Of a stretch of 64,000 nucleotides of DNA, positions 50,320 through 62,905 are shown piece by piece. The DNA lies in contig KZ538424.1 of assembly GCA_000934665.2 (NCBI GenBank), positions 1 to 64,000 of the forward strand, written 5' to 3'. Each line of letters opens with the position of its first letter. The stretch's first letter is position 1. This DNA comes from Catajapyx aquilonaris. Its lineage: Eukaryota. The position numbers were made by a program, and so were the translations under genes. The notes beneath the pieces are model-generated. The model saw only the letters and a list, made by a program, of their open reading frames with translations, was not told where the DNA came from and did not search any database.

Positions 50320-51623
50320 CACTTACAACTTGACAGGTACAGCTCTATATTGGCAATGACTGCTCACTGTATGGGAAACTGGAGAAGTACGTCTCCTTAA
50401 AAAGTAAAGGGGGGTTGTTCCTTTTCAAGTGTCACTCTCAGAGACATTTTTAAAGGCTTAATTTATTGAAACGGACCTTCCTCAGTAGTTGGGAAGTATT
50501 GATTGCAACATTCGTCTAAGCACCTGAGGCTTCCCATGCTCCATAGTAATAAGTACGCATTCGGGGAATTTGGCTTGTCAGTTAAACTCTTCATTGTATT
50601 TCATTTATATGCTGTTGCAACCATTGTCAATATGTAATGCTAACAACGGATACATTCTGACAGCAGTATTCTGTACACTAGTTTACACATTTTGTTTGAA
50701 GTGAATATTACTTCACATAAAAATTCTCAGTTGTGCAATGGTGTTATGAAACACTGACAACCTTGTAATACATTGCCTACTTGCTTATGGGATAAGACAT
50801 AAGATGCATACCAGTACTGTACAACATGGGTGAAATGTTAAATGTTTCACTGGATTGCATTATAAAGGCAATATTTTTTATGATTGAAAGGTAATCCAGA
50901 ATTATGGAAATATTAATGGAATGCTGAATTTTTCTGTGTCCGTTTTTACCGATCACATTACTAAACACATAATTGGGGAAGAAAAACGAAATATTCACTA
51001 CAATGTCAATTACTACAAAATCACAGGGGAAATTTATATATGAAGTATTGTTTTGGTTACAATTTCATGTTTATGAGATAAAGTTACATAGCTTACTATA
51101 ACTTATATGCAGTGAATCATGTCTACTGTATAACACACCATAATAGATACGGAGAACACTTTTCCATTGCAGAATTTATGTTTGCTTTTGGTGCAAGATT
51201 TTAAGTGCATATCAGCTGCACATAACAGCAATCTGATCAGTACATGAAATGATTGCAAAATAAAGTGATATCTGCTATACACATGTTTATACTGACTGCC
51301 TCATAACAATAAAATTTTAGCTTTATCAATTATTTAAGTTTGTTTGTAAGTGCTTTCTTCACTGAAGAACATACTGTCCTTCAACATTGTGCCATTTGCC
51401 ATTCTGCACCCTCACAGGCACCTCTTTTGCAGATATTTAACATCCTGTTGTAATATCTCTCCTTGACTCCTCTTTTATTGCACTGAATTATTTTGCAGAT
51501 AAGTATAATTATTGCAATGTCACTGCAAGAAGGTGGATTCACATGAAGACCTGATACTGATTAGAGCCACATTTGAGTCGAAATTGAGTTAAGTGTTCCA
51601 AGTGCAGTCATTTAAATGATGTA

Positions 51624-52231
51624 CGAGTGCGAATCAGAAATTAATTGAAACCTTTTTTAACTCACTGTCAGAGGTTTCACTAGAGAAACTGAAACTGAGA
51701 TATACATATGAAAGGGCAAGTCTTTCTCTAATTTTAGACATAGTCACCATACAATTTGATGCATGTGTCCCATCTGACACTGTTGGACACGAGTTTTTCC
51801 ATACCCCTGCAGAAACAAGCGTCAGACTGGGTGGGAAGCCTCTTTCACTTCCTCGATGTCGCTGAGGTCTTGAGAAGCTAGTGCTTCTTTTTTGGTCCAA
51901 AGAGGTGGTTTTACCCATGGTCTACCATCTCCAATGAAGACCAATTGGATCAATGAAGAAGCACCTGGCAGGTCAGAACTTCAGCGACATCGAGGAAGTG
52001 AGATGCCATCCCCCACTGGCTTCCCACCCAGTCTGACGCCTTTTTCTGCAGGGATATGGAAAAGCTAGTGTCCTGCTGGGACAAATGCACCAAATTGTAT
52101 GGTGACTATGTCTAAAATTAGAGAAAGACTTGCCCTTTCATATGTATTTCTCACTTTCAGACTCACTTTCAGTTTCTCTAGTGAAACCTCTGAATTTAAA
52201 AAGTTCTCAATTACTTTCTGATTCGCCCTCT
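51624..52231. mobile_element. Internally deleted mariner derivative with about 150-bp inverted arms
   Basis: TACGAGTGCGAATCAGAAA terminus mirrored at about 52215-52233; remnant peptide MKKHLAGQNFSDIEEV. Confidence 0.75.
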
Positions 52232-52624
52232 TACTATCAGTTGAGTCAGTCTTCAAATACACCCCATTGAAAACGAATATTGTTTGAATAAAAGTGTATC
52301 CTGTAAGGTCTAATCTTTAAACTTCAAATTCATATTCCAAAATGATTCAAGTGTGACTTGGTGCATTCTGCATTTCAGGTCTTCATAATATATTATTCTG
52401 CAAACAGAGGTATGTTGTTTGACATCATCAGAAAACTATAGCATTATAATATTCTTACCACACTCTTATGAGTAGGTTGAACTTGGAAAAAATGAATGTA
52501 TAGTTTAAAACTGAACCCTTCTTTTAAATGTACATTCCCCAGTCTGAGATTTGAGTCCATTGACACCACAGATGCAAGTCCAGGAATTCTCAGTTGTTAA
52601 CTTTTCACAAAAAATTCCCACCCA

Positions 52625-54640
52625 CTACCAGAGGAATTTATATTCTGGGGGCAAAATCTTTGATTCAGGGTTATCTGATGGTGGAACTTGCAACACAAGT
52701 ATGGTAGAATTTTGCTTGTGGTTTCTTCTTTCACAGTATTTTCTTGTGATTATCTCAATCAAGAAAGTTAACACTCCAAGACTTGTACCAAAGCCAAGAA
52801 TTATGAAGGGTCCAAATAGGTGGCTAAAAGTGATTGGTTTCGGGCTATCATCTGTCAGGACTGGTTCAATTACCTTTCCTGTTGCCTTCTCAAACTCCTT
52901 TGATTCTGCACGACCCTCTTCAAACATTTCTTTTTTCCATTTTGCCACCAAACCTGTATCTACAGCATAATAAGTAACTCTCTTTAAGGTCTCCTTGTAT
53001 GGGACACCTTTGGGGACTCCCCATGCTGTCAACAATGCAAAGGTCACATCATTTGCCTTATACACCAAGCTCTGTTCAAATTTATCCGTAAAGTTTCTCC
53101 TGACAGCCAGTTCAATCATAGGTTCATAGGCAATGCAGGCAAACTTTATTTCCAGAGTACGTTGTATGCACTTGCGGGAGTCTTTTTCCAATTCAAGCCT
53201 CGAAAAAAGTTTTCGATAGACAGGAGAATTGGATTCTTTCATAACAGTGTATGATGCTCCCCCATCATATTGCAAAGCCCACCTCAAATTTGTGGTGATT
53301 AGCTCTTCAAATGTAACAATGGGTGGATCAGCAAATGGATATGCCAGGAATGTGATTAATTTGCTCTTATAACCTGCCACCAATACAATGGCATACAGCC
53401 ACCAGAAGGCTGAGAACATGCGTGATGGTGCATCTGTAGATACATCCATTCCTTGCTCCAGAAATGTTTTATAAGTGTAGTCATATGATGTACGTAATGC
53501 AATTTTAGCTTCATTTTCTTTCAAGTATTTTTTTCTTAGAAGTGAAATTAAGTACAGGATGGGTCCTCCCACCATCAAAGACAAAAAAACTAATCCCCAC
53601 ATCACGGGTGAGTAAGGCCATCCTATAGCTTCCCATCGGAAAGAAGTTTTTGGATAGGCAGTGACAAAAGAGAGTTGGTCAAAGGTGAAACATTGTGTGA
53701 AATCTATCACAGCTGATCTCTGAATGGTGATGCCAAGTCCAAGAGAAAAGTCTGCATTGCGCTGGTAGACTTCATTCACCATTCCAGTCCATGTACCGTT
53801 GTCCATTTTCAACCCAAAGCCCCCATAAGCAGGTGGGAACAACCATATACTGAGGTTGAGTGCCTCTGCCACTGACTCCAGAAATGGCTTGTGAAAACCA
53901 CCTTTCAAGGTGGTGTCATTTCCCACAACATAATATTGAGTGACCCAATCAACTGGTGCCACTACCACTCGAAATACCTTTCCTTCAAAAGTGAGGGTGA
54001 AGTCTGGGAAGAATGGTCCATTGGCTATAAGTATGTCGTCCTTGTAGGTGCCAATTGTAACAATACCTTCTTCACCACCATGGCAGTAAAAACAAAGAGA
54101 CTGAAGCAAGATATCATTCCTACCATCAGCTATAAATGTTGCTCCCAATTTGAATTTGAACTTGTGCACAGCAGGGTGATAAAGAAACTCTATGCTTGAT
54201 CCATTTCGGTTCCACAGGAAGAAGTAGTGGAGATCATGTTTCAGTTTGGTGACTTTCTTTGCCTTTCTAATCAAAACTCGCAGGTTGTGCATGTGGCACA
54301 TTAGGGTGTAGATGGTGCATTGAATGCATACCTGGGGTGGAGGTGTACCGAGGAAGATAGTAAGGGAATGATTTGAGTTTTTTGAGATAATAAGAAAGTT
54401 TTTGTAGGAATCTTGCAACATGGGGATCCAGTCAGCCAAAAATGGGGGTATGACCGTGTCATAGTCATGGAGCAACACAAGAAAACAATTGTTCATTTTA
54501 CCATTCCAGATGTGCTTGATCAGAAGCTGGATCACTGTTTTGTCAAGTGTGGCATTAGGCCAAGTGTTCTCTTCCTGAATCACCACTGTTGAAAACACAG
54601 TTTGTAGCAAGGCAGAGAAAATGAGTATAGCAACACTCAT
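52625..54640 (-). CDS. Divergent ionotropic receptor IR-4, intronless, 671 aa
   Basis: Paralogue of IR-3: DNGTWTGMVNEVYQRNADFSLG..TIQR, WPYSPVMW, FLEQG, AGYKSKL. Confidence 0.93.
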   Translation of the reverse strand: MSVAILIFSALLQTVFSTVVIQEENTWPNATLDKTVIQLLIKHIWNGKMNNCFLVLLHDYDTVIPPFLADWIPMLQDSYKNFLIISKNSNHSLTIFLGTPPPQVCIQCTIYTLMCHMHNLRVLIRKAKKVTKLKHDLHYFFLWNRNGSSIEFLYHPAVHKFKFKLGATFIADGRNDILLQSLCFYCHGGEEGIVTIGTYKDDILIANGPFFPDFTLTFEGKVFRVVVAPVDWVTQYYVVGNDTTLKGGFHKPFLESVAEALNLSIWLFPPAYGGFGLKMDNGTWTGMVNEVYQRNADFSLGLGITIQRSAVIDFTQCFTFDQLSFVTAYPKTSFRWEAIGWPYSPVMWGLVFLSLMVGGPILYLISLLRKKYLKENEAKIALRTSYDYTYKTFLEQGMDVSTDAPSRMFSAFWWLYAIVLVAGYKSKLITFLAYPFADPPIVTFEELITTNLRWALQYDGGASYTVMKESNSPVYRKLFSRLELEKDSRKCIQRTLEIKFACIAYEPMIELAVRRNFTDKFEQSLVYKANDVTFALLTAWGVPKGVPYKETLKRVTYYAVDTGLVAKWKKEMFEEGRAESKEFEKATGKVIEPVLTDDSPKPITFSHLFGPFIILGFGTSLGVLTFLIEIITRKYCERRNHKQNSTILVLQVPPSDNPESKILPPEYKFLW

Positions 54641-55555
54641 AGTTTTCAGCTCACCATGAATATGCCCTGTTTGTCAGTGGATGCTGAGTGACTCACTGCA
54701 ACAGAACAACTGTTTACATGACAAACAAATCTGTTCGTTTTAGCAGTCAGTTGCACAAGTAGCAGTCTTAAAAGATGAATAAATTATTGACAGCAAAACC
54801 ACAAAGGTTGGGCAATATTGATTGCAACATTCTGAGTGCGTGATGATTTTGCTTGTTTCATAATAGATGATGATGCATCCCTTGAAATTGTCCTGAAAAG
54901 CCAACTATCTTACTGTAATTTCAACGTAATTAAAGTTGAATGCACATAAATTCAGGCAACAAGTGCATTTTATTTGCCATTAAATATATATATTGTGACT
55001 TGACATGTAACTATAGATATATGGTAGGTGTTACAGAGGTAATAATACAAACATTACTTGCAGAATAATTATATTAGGTTCATGAAAAATCCATGTGACG
55101 TTTGGAGTCATAGAGGTTCTGCCTGGTACTTTGTCATTGTCATTGCTGTATTTGTGGCTAATAAATGTGGCATGTTATTTTCTTTGTTTTTACAGACTGT
55201 GCTTTTCTTTCCATCTGAAATATATCCTATGACATAATAATATTATGTGCAACAATTTGAAGGGGAAATAGGTACCGTATATAAAATACAGATGTCTTGG
55301 GGTGGAATTTAAGGAATATGAGCGATTGCATGTGTGATAACTTGCCTACATTTCATAATGATATTAAAAGCATAATCATTTTGGCATTAATTAATTAATT
55401 TGTGGATTGTTACTAATGCCAATATATGCCAAAATTAAAAATAAATCTGAATTAATACAACATGAAGCCCAATTTTTTTATATTCCAATATTCTGAAATA
55501 TAGAGTAATATATTCTGAAATATAGATAGAAATTGTGTAATAATTATATGTTATT

Positions 55556-55665
55556 TTGAGAGGTGTCATTCTGTAGGTCGTAACGAGGTGGCCAGGTATA
55601 ACCTGGTCACCGCTGGCTACCCCTTTATGGGAATTAAGCCGCGATGTAATGTAATGTAATGTAAT
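55556..55665 (+). mobile_element. Very short 3' end of a retroposon with a (TGTAA)n tail
   Basis: 13-bp TSD ATTATATGTTATT at 55543-55555 and 55666-55678. Confidence 0.6.
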
Positions 55666-58600
55666 ATTATATGTTATTGGAGAATTAAAATTATTGCAAA
55701 GCAACCAAGAATGATTACCAACATAGACAAGAAAATCAAGCAATTCTGAAGCAACATTATTATCCACCCTTGTTCTAACTTGGTGGCATAAAGGCCATTG
55801 AAAGCATTGTGATAGAACATCTCAAAACCCAGCTCTCTATCCTGGACAACTTTTGACAATATAGTATCTGAGGAGATTCTGACGTCAAAATTACATTGAC
55901 AATTAATAATTATTACATGAAGATATGATTGCATCTGATTCTCTGACCACCATACAGTTTTTCTTAGCAGTTGCTCAGAATAATGCATGCAGGTGACTAC
56001 TCCATGGTTGTAAATAAGGGACATGATATGAGTTATGAATGAAGGCATATGCCAATCATGACTCAGGAATATGGCAAATCATGCAACTGTTGCATGTCAA
56101 GTTCATACTTTACAATGTAATGAATTAACAAGTGATTCTTGCAGACAGTCGTGTAGGCCACTTATCACGTCAGCAGCCTTCTCATATGCTATGACAACAC
56201 ATAGGCCTATCTCATAAAAAATACATGTTTCTGCAACTTGTTGCTCTTTTAATAATAACAATGATGATAATTATGATGATGATGACAATAATAACACCAA
56301 TAATTGCATGTCATGCTTACCAATTTCTAGGGCAATAGAACATGACGTATAATTTTTAATACAGCCTGCTATTATAATTGGTTCTTTTTCATGGTAAGTA
56401 AGGGGCAGATAAGTGGGAGAAGTTGAAAGTGCTTTACCATGTTTTATTGGATTATTTTCCTCTGGCTTTGCGTGCCAATGTTCATCTTTCATTGATTGCT
56501 GATATCGGCACTAGCATCCTTAAAATATCAATATTTAGTGAGCAACAGCTTTGAGGGTGGCAATTGGATATTCAAACATAATGAGATAAGGGGATGTGCG
56601 CCATATGTTGGGACTTACTGGATGAATTTAGCTGATCAATCAGGATATAACTTAGTTCCATGTACTGGTAACTAAGTTAGGCCACATACTTGTAGGTCAC
56701 ATTGCAGGTTAATTTTTATTTTTGTGCTTAAGTAGAACACACCTATTTTATCACAAACAATATACTTCTCTGTATATTTTGATTTGGTTATTGCGGCAGC
56801 CAAGGCAACTAATAAGGCCATGATGTATGGGAGTGATAGGGAAAGGAAGATTTTTAGACAGTCGGTGGAAATGGGATGACTCTGTCTGAGCACTGAGAGA
56901 ACCTTCCAAAACTATTTCCATATAGCAAAATATTTTTCCCAACATGGGGACTGAACTGGGCACTGGGCATCTATGAAGTTAAATTTATTGTTCCATACAG
57001 CCCCTACATTACCTATGATGTACAGATGCAAGCATAAAAATGTGGACAATAGACCAGAGCTTTTCCTATATGGTCTACCGTCCACATCTTCATGTTCGCG
57101 ACTGTACCTGTAATGTATTGGTTGTTACCACCACATGGCACTCATTAAATAAGCATATTTTAGGTAAGCATACTCCAATATCATTGGAATTTTAAGTTAG
57201 TTATATCAGCAGCTGGTTACATTGATTATTAAAGGATACAAGGTGATGACCACATTAACAGTGCAAAGAGATATTAACTTGTCTTACTTGAAGACCCTTA
57301 CTAGAGTGTAACAAAGTTGCCTGCATGCTCCTACACTGCAGTGGGTGTAACGTTACAATAAGAGTTAAGAACTTAACGTAATTAATTAGTATGCAGGAAA
57401 CCAAAGAAAGTTTTGTTGCAGTTTCTCAGTTGATCCCACAGCTTGAACTTCCAAAAGTTAAAGCACTCAAACTGCTGGCCTTGGAAGATTTTCTTGTGGT
57501 CCACCTCCAGCATAAATGGAAATAAAAATATCTGTAAGGCACTATATTGTGTGACAATATGCCATCCTTGTCACTCATTATACTGTATCACTTTTCATAA
57601 ACTGTCCCAGAATGTAGAAATTTAGAATGAATCTTAATTACTTTTGATTTACGAATGTTTTCATTTGCTGCTGTTTATTAATAGAGTGGTAGTAACGTTG
57701 TGAGATACGGCCCCCACTGGGGGGACATTGTAGTCATGTCATTGGCCAGCCAAGGTGGGAGTGCAAGGTAAAATCTTGGCTCCTGGCTTTAGCTGGTTGC
57801 ACTGCTGCTATCAGGAAACCTGTTCTTGCTGGAGAAATGGCAGAAGGATGAAAAATTCATTGTTGCATTATTGACAATGAATTTTTCCATTTTCCTCTAA
57901 CCTTTCCAGCATACAAATTTCCTTGCAGATATGCAACGAGACCTGGCTATTTTTCTCTTTTTCTGTAGGGAGTGTCTGGGCAGACTACGATTCCCTTCTC
58001 CATCCAGGGCCATGAGAAAGGGTCTGGTGCATTAAAGATGGTCAACAATATATTACTCGACTATTCATAAGTGCCTCCCATGGGAGAATCCCCCCCAAAT
58101 TTGAGCAACTGTATTAGTCATGAGCAGTCAAATAAGAGCTTGTCCTCGACTTTAAAAGAAGCATAACATAATACTAATAACAGTGGTAAGCATGAATATT
58201 TTTTACATCCCCTCCTCAAAGAAAGCAGCTTATTATTTTCGAGGAATCTACTAATACATGCGGAACTGAAAACTATTGTCAGTGTAGAAATAGTGGCTCT
58301 GACCATTTTCATTACCCATCAAAATTACATGTTAGAATTACTGCATATCTGACCATCATTGTCTTTGGAAGAAAAAAAATGCATAACTTTTCTTTACTTT
58401 TGAAAGGACAAGATTGCTCCCTGGCAAGTGACGATTTGTGTTGTGGGAATATTTACACTTAAACAAATATAAATAATTATACTCCCCTCTAGGAAGGCGG
58501 AGTGGCACTGTGGTAGCAAGTTTGATTACAAGCCTGGTTCATCCCCCTTTTCATCTTGTGTCAAGTTGGTTCATCTCTGGTGTTGTGTTAGGTGAGATTA

Positions 58601-59033
58601 TTTGAGATTTAACCACCCAGAGAAACACACAAAATGACCCTTAAAGATATTGCACATTCACCTACACTTCCCCTCCCTCTCACCCATGCCTCTGCACCTG
58701 GGTGATTCTCAAGAAAGTTCAAACAAGTACTATATCGCTCAAAAACATAAAGATGATTTTGCATTTGATTCAAGTGCAGGCTGCACTTGAGTCAACTGCA
58801 AAATCGTCTCTAGGTTTTTGAGCGATATAGTACTACTGTATGTAAATAATGTGCAATAGAACAACAACTGCAGCAACAACAACAGCACCCTCTTGAACCA
58901 GAGATGTGGGCAGAGCACCATCCTTCACTTCTATGAAAGTGATGCATTTAATAACTATACAATGAAAATTTGAGTGCAATCTAGTGCTTGCACTATGCGA
59001 GAGTTAGTGCCCCACACTTTTACCTCCCATCTA

Positions 59034-59595
59034 CCGTATTACCTCTCATATTGCGGCATGCCGGTGTAGGCGAGGTCAACCAGTTTTTAGAAATGCATGA
59101 TCTGGTGGCTATACCGGCATGCCGGTATAAGGCGAGGTTTTCACATAAGTTAGTACATTATCCTTTCCGAACTTGACATTTGCCTGAAAATCGAAATTCA
59201 CGTAAAGGCTATCGAAAAGGCACATTTTCCAAATAGGGTACAATATTATTGTTTTCTATCTCAGTGTTTGGCAATAATCTATATTTAAACAGTATGTTGG
59301 AGCAGGGGGTTCCCCTGTCAAAGCAGGCTGACGATGGGATATGGTCATACACGCTACATTTTTAAAATGCACTGTGCAACAAAACTGACATATTCTCACA
59401 GCCTGTACACTCGCCCATTTTCATTGTAACATTATTTTAGTATGGTACCAGAAGCATTCCAAAAAATTTGCCAAGAATAAAAAATTACGGAAATCTACCT
59501 CGGTTATTGCCGCATGCCGGACACCCCCGGGTTATACCGGCATGCTGGTCGACCTCGTTTTATACCAGCGTGCCGCAATATGAGAGGTAATACGG
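59034..59595. mobile_element. pogo/Tc1-type MITE about 80 bp downstream of the IR-5 stop
   Basis: TA-CCGTATTACCTCTCATATTGCGGCA / CGCCGCAATATGAGAGGTAATACGG-TA type TIRs; copy at 19249-19761. Confidence 0.85.
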
Positions 59596-59674
59596 TATTG
59601 CAAAACCACTCCAGTGATAAATATTGTTGCAATATTGTAAAGAGCTTTGTGTTACACATTTAAAAAACCTGTGG

Positions 59675-61714
59675 CTACCACAGAAAATGGGGGACTGTGG
59701 CGAACTTTTTGGATTGAGGATAACTTGACGTGTCAATGTGCACAATTATTTTTGCTGGGATTATTTTGTGCTTGTTAGTTTTCCCAGAGTTCGTGCCCCT
59801 ACATTTACCTGTGATCACTTCACAGAGGACGCTGAGCAGACCAAGACCTGAACCTATTCCCAGGATGAGAAAAGGTCCAAGTAGATGGGTGAGTGTGATA
59901 GGTGTGGGGGATTCATCAGTCAGGACTGGTTCTATCACCTCGCCTGTAGCTTTCTCTTTCTCCTTGCCTTCCACTCGAGCCTCATCCATCATCTCTTTGT
60001 ACCACTTTGCCACCAGACCTGCTCCAACTGCATAAAACGAAACCCTTCTCAGCGTCTCCTTGTACGGTACACCTTTTGGAACACCCCATGCTAGCTGCAG
60101 AGGAAATGATAGTGCTGGAGATTTGTACACTATACTGTTTTCGAATTTATCAGTGAACTTTCGGTTAACCATCAGCTCGATCACAGAAACATAGGCAATG
60201 CAGGCAAACTTGATATCCAACACACGGTTTATGCATTTAATAGCATCTTCTTCCAGTTCCAGACGAGAGAACAGCTTTCGATATATAGGAGAATCAGATT
60301 CTTTCAGAATGGTATAAGAGGCTCCTCCATCATATTGAAGAGCCCATCTGTAATCAGTAGTGATTAGGCTTTCAAAAGCATCGATGGGTGGATCAGAAAA
60401 TGGAAATGCCAGGAATGCTATTAGCTTGCTTTTATACCCTGCCACCAATACGATGGTGTACAGCCACCAGAATGCAGAGAACATGAGTGCAGGAGGTTGT
60501 GTAGCTATCTCTCCTCCTTGTTCCAAAAATGCCATGTATGTGTAATCACATGCAGCACGGAGTGTGGCCTTCTTATCACTTTCATTACAATATCGCTTTC
60601 TTAGCCACATTATGAAGTAAAGCGTAGGTCCTGCTGCCACCAAGGACAAAAACACCAATCCCCACATTTCAATAGTATATGGCCATGCTATAGCTTCCCA
60701 TCTGAAATGTGCTGATGGATAGGCAGTCACAAAGGTCAAATACTCAATGGTGTATGGTTGGGTGAAGTCAACCACAGCTGATCTCTGCATGGTGATTCCA
60801 AGGCCAGTAGAAAAGTCAGCATTACCTCTGTAGAGCTCTCCCACCATCCCCAACCAAGTCCCATTGTCTGCTTTCAAACCAAAACCCATGTCAACTGTGT
60901 GAAACACATGAGGTTTAAAATTCAGGGATGCCGCTACCGATTCCAAAAGAGGCTTGTGAAAACCACCTTTCAACACAGTCTTGTTGTCCACTTCCACTGT
61001 TTGAATGGCCCAATCGGCTGGACTCAACACTACCCGAAGAAGCTTGCCTTCAAAAGTGCGCGTCAAATCCGGAAAGAGAGGCTTGTTCTCCACGAGTTCT
61101 TCATCCTTGAATGTGTCAACTGTAATAATGCCTTCTTCTCCCCTGTGGCAATAAAAGCAGAGAGACTGAAGTTGGACTTCAGTCTCATGTTCATTTACAA
61201 ATGTCGGCATCAATTTGTATTTCAATGGGTGCACTACGGGGTGGTTCAGAAACTCAACACTCGATCCATTTCTGTTCCACAAAAAAAAATAATGGACATC
61301 ATGTTTCAGTTTTGTACTGTCTCTGGCCTTCCTAATTAGAGCTCGCAGGTTGTGGATGTAACAGATGATGCCGTAGATGGTGCAGTGGGTGGCCTCTTGT
61401 GGTGCAGGTGTACTGCGGAAGAGACTGTATGACGAGATGTTTGAGTTGTGCGAGAGGATCAGTACATTCTTGTATGAATCTTGCCATTCAGGGATCCGGG
61501 CAGACAAAACAGGAGGGACATCAGTTTTGTAGTCATGAAGCAGCACCAGCAAGCAGTCATCCATCGTGCCATTCCAGATGTGCTCAGTCAGGATCCGAAT
61601 CACTGTTTCATCTTGCATGGGATTTTGCGAAAGGTATGGGTCCTCATCTTCAACCACTATGGTGGCTTGAAGTGGGAGCACAGCAACCACGAAAATGATA
61701 ACAGATCCAATCAT
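59675..61714 (-). CDS. Divergent ionotropic receptor IR-5, intronless, about 679 aa (alternative in-frame ATG at 61744)
   Basis: Paralogue of IR-3/4. MIGSVIIFVVAVLPLQA looks like a signal peptide; DNGTWLGMVGELYRGNADFSTG..TMQR, FLEQG, AGYKSKL. Confidence 0.92.
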   Translation of the reverse strand: MIGSVIIFVVAVLPLQATIVVEDEDPYLSQNPMQDETVIRILTEHIWNGTMDDCLLVLLHDYKTDVPPVLSARIPEWQDSYKNVLILSHNSNISSYSLFRSTPAPQEATHCTIYGIICYIHNLRALIRKARDSTKLKHDVHYFFLWNRNGSSVEFLNHPVVHPLKYKLMPTFVNEHETEVQLQSLCFYCHRGEEGIITVDTFKDEELVENKPLFPDLTRTFEGKLLRVVLSPADWAIQTVEVDNKTVLKGGFHKPLLESVAASLNFKPHVFHTVDMGFGLKADNGTWLGMVGELYRGNADFSTGLGITMQRSAVVDFTQPYTIEYLTFVTAYPSAHFRWEAIAWPYTIEMWGLVFLSLVAAGPTLYFIMWLRKRYCNESDKKATLRAACDYTYMAFLEQGGEIATQPPALMFSAFWWLYTIVLVAGYKSKLIAFLAFPFSDPPIDAFESLITTDYRWALQYDGGASYTILKESDSPIYRKLFSRLELEEDAIKCINRVLDIKFACIAYVSVIELMVNRKFTDKFENSIVYKSPALSFPLQLAWGVPKGVPYKETLRRVSFYAVGAGLVAKWYKEMMDEARVEGKEKEKATGEVIEPVLTDESPTPITLTHLLGPFLILGIGSGLGLLSVLCEVITGKCRGTNSGKTNKHKIIPAKIIVHIDTSSYPQSKKFATVPHFLW

Positions 61715-62727
61715 TCTCCGCTCAGCACTACAAATGCCGTCCATTCGAAGCGACTGCAAGTTAAGAGCTTGCCAGTTGCGTGCCAAATGATAATAGGAAA
61801 GCTGTTTAAAAAGTGAGCAAGTTTGATCATCTAATAAGTGTCCACCTGGGTGATATTTTTAGGAGATTAAACGATTGAGAACTGAGCAATATGGTTAAAA
61901 TTGATTGCTGCATTAGGTACACCTGGTGCTTCTCAGGCTACATAAAAGATGATGTTCTCTTTGAACTGCTGCGGCAGAATGAGGGCAGCTTTGATCCTGG
62001 AATTGACTGATATTCTGGTGATGTCATTACAAGCAATTTTTTATGAACGTGTCACACTTTATATCTGCAACACAAGGCGATTTATATTGACTCGGACAAA
62101 CTCATACATCAATCTCTCATACTGAAATGGCATTCATCATGTAAAAGAATACATACAGGAGACCATGAATAAGGAATTGTAATATCAACACTTGGGAGTT
62201 ACAAGTGACATGTCCCATTTATTGGTATTCGTTTTATATCTTACATTTGCTGCATGGAAACATCTGAAAATACAACCTTGCAAAACTGTGTGGTCCTGCA
62301 AGACAGAGAGTGTGACATACACACAATACTTGTAAAATACCAAAGCGTTTTTCACTGTTATCTGAGGGGTTGGCCACTCACATTATCATAAACTTGGTCA
62401 CATAATCACATAGGTTCCACTGTATCCCTATGGAAAATTATCAGGTGTACACTTCACAGGAGTGGCCAATCCCTTGTTGTTACCACAATGAGATAAAGGT
62501 ATACACAGAAGGAAATGTCAAGGTACTTGTTTTCTTGTGATTAATCTCGCTTTTTTAACCCTCAAGTACTTGCAGTGGTGCTAAATCAGCACCCCAACTT
62601 TTTTACTTTCATTGCAACTATAAAATTTTGGTATAATTTTTTAAAAACATAATATGGTACCTGTAAATCCCCCCCCCNNNNNNNNNNNNNNNNNNNNNAA
62701 TTTGAAGATAACATGCTAAATGTTTTA

Positions 62728-62905
62728 AGGTGCATTTACATATGAGCGATTTGACGAGCGAAGCCTTCGCCAAGCAGTAACATCGCTGAGTAACCCAAGT
62801 AACCAGTATTGTTTCAGGCGAATATCGTTCTTTACTTTCACCTCAAACAATATTGGTTACTTCGCTCTGCTTCACTTGTCAAATCGCTCACATGTAAACA
62901 CACCT
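62728..62905. mobile_element. PIF/Harbinger-like MITE, same family as 13935-14123
   Basis: AGGTGCATTTACATATGAGCGATTTGAC / GTCAAATCGCTCACATGTAAACACACCT with TTA TSD. Confidence 0.8.

Noticed and set aside
62678..62698. Run of N bases (single Ns also at 5581 and 31649)
   Set aside because: Assembly gaps, not biological features.
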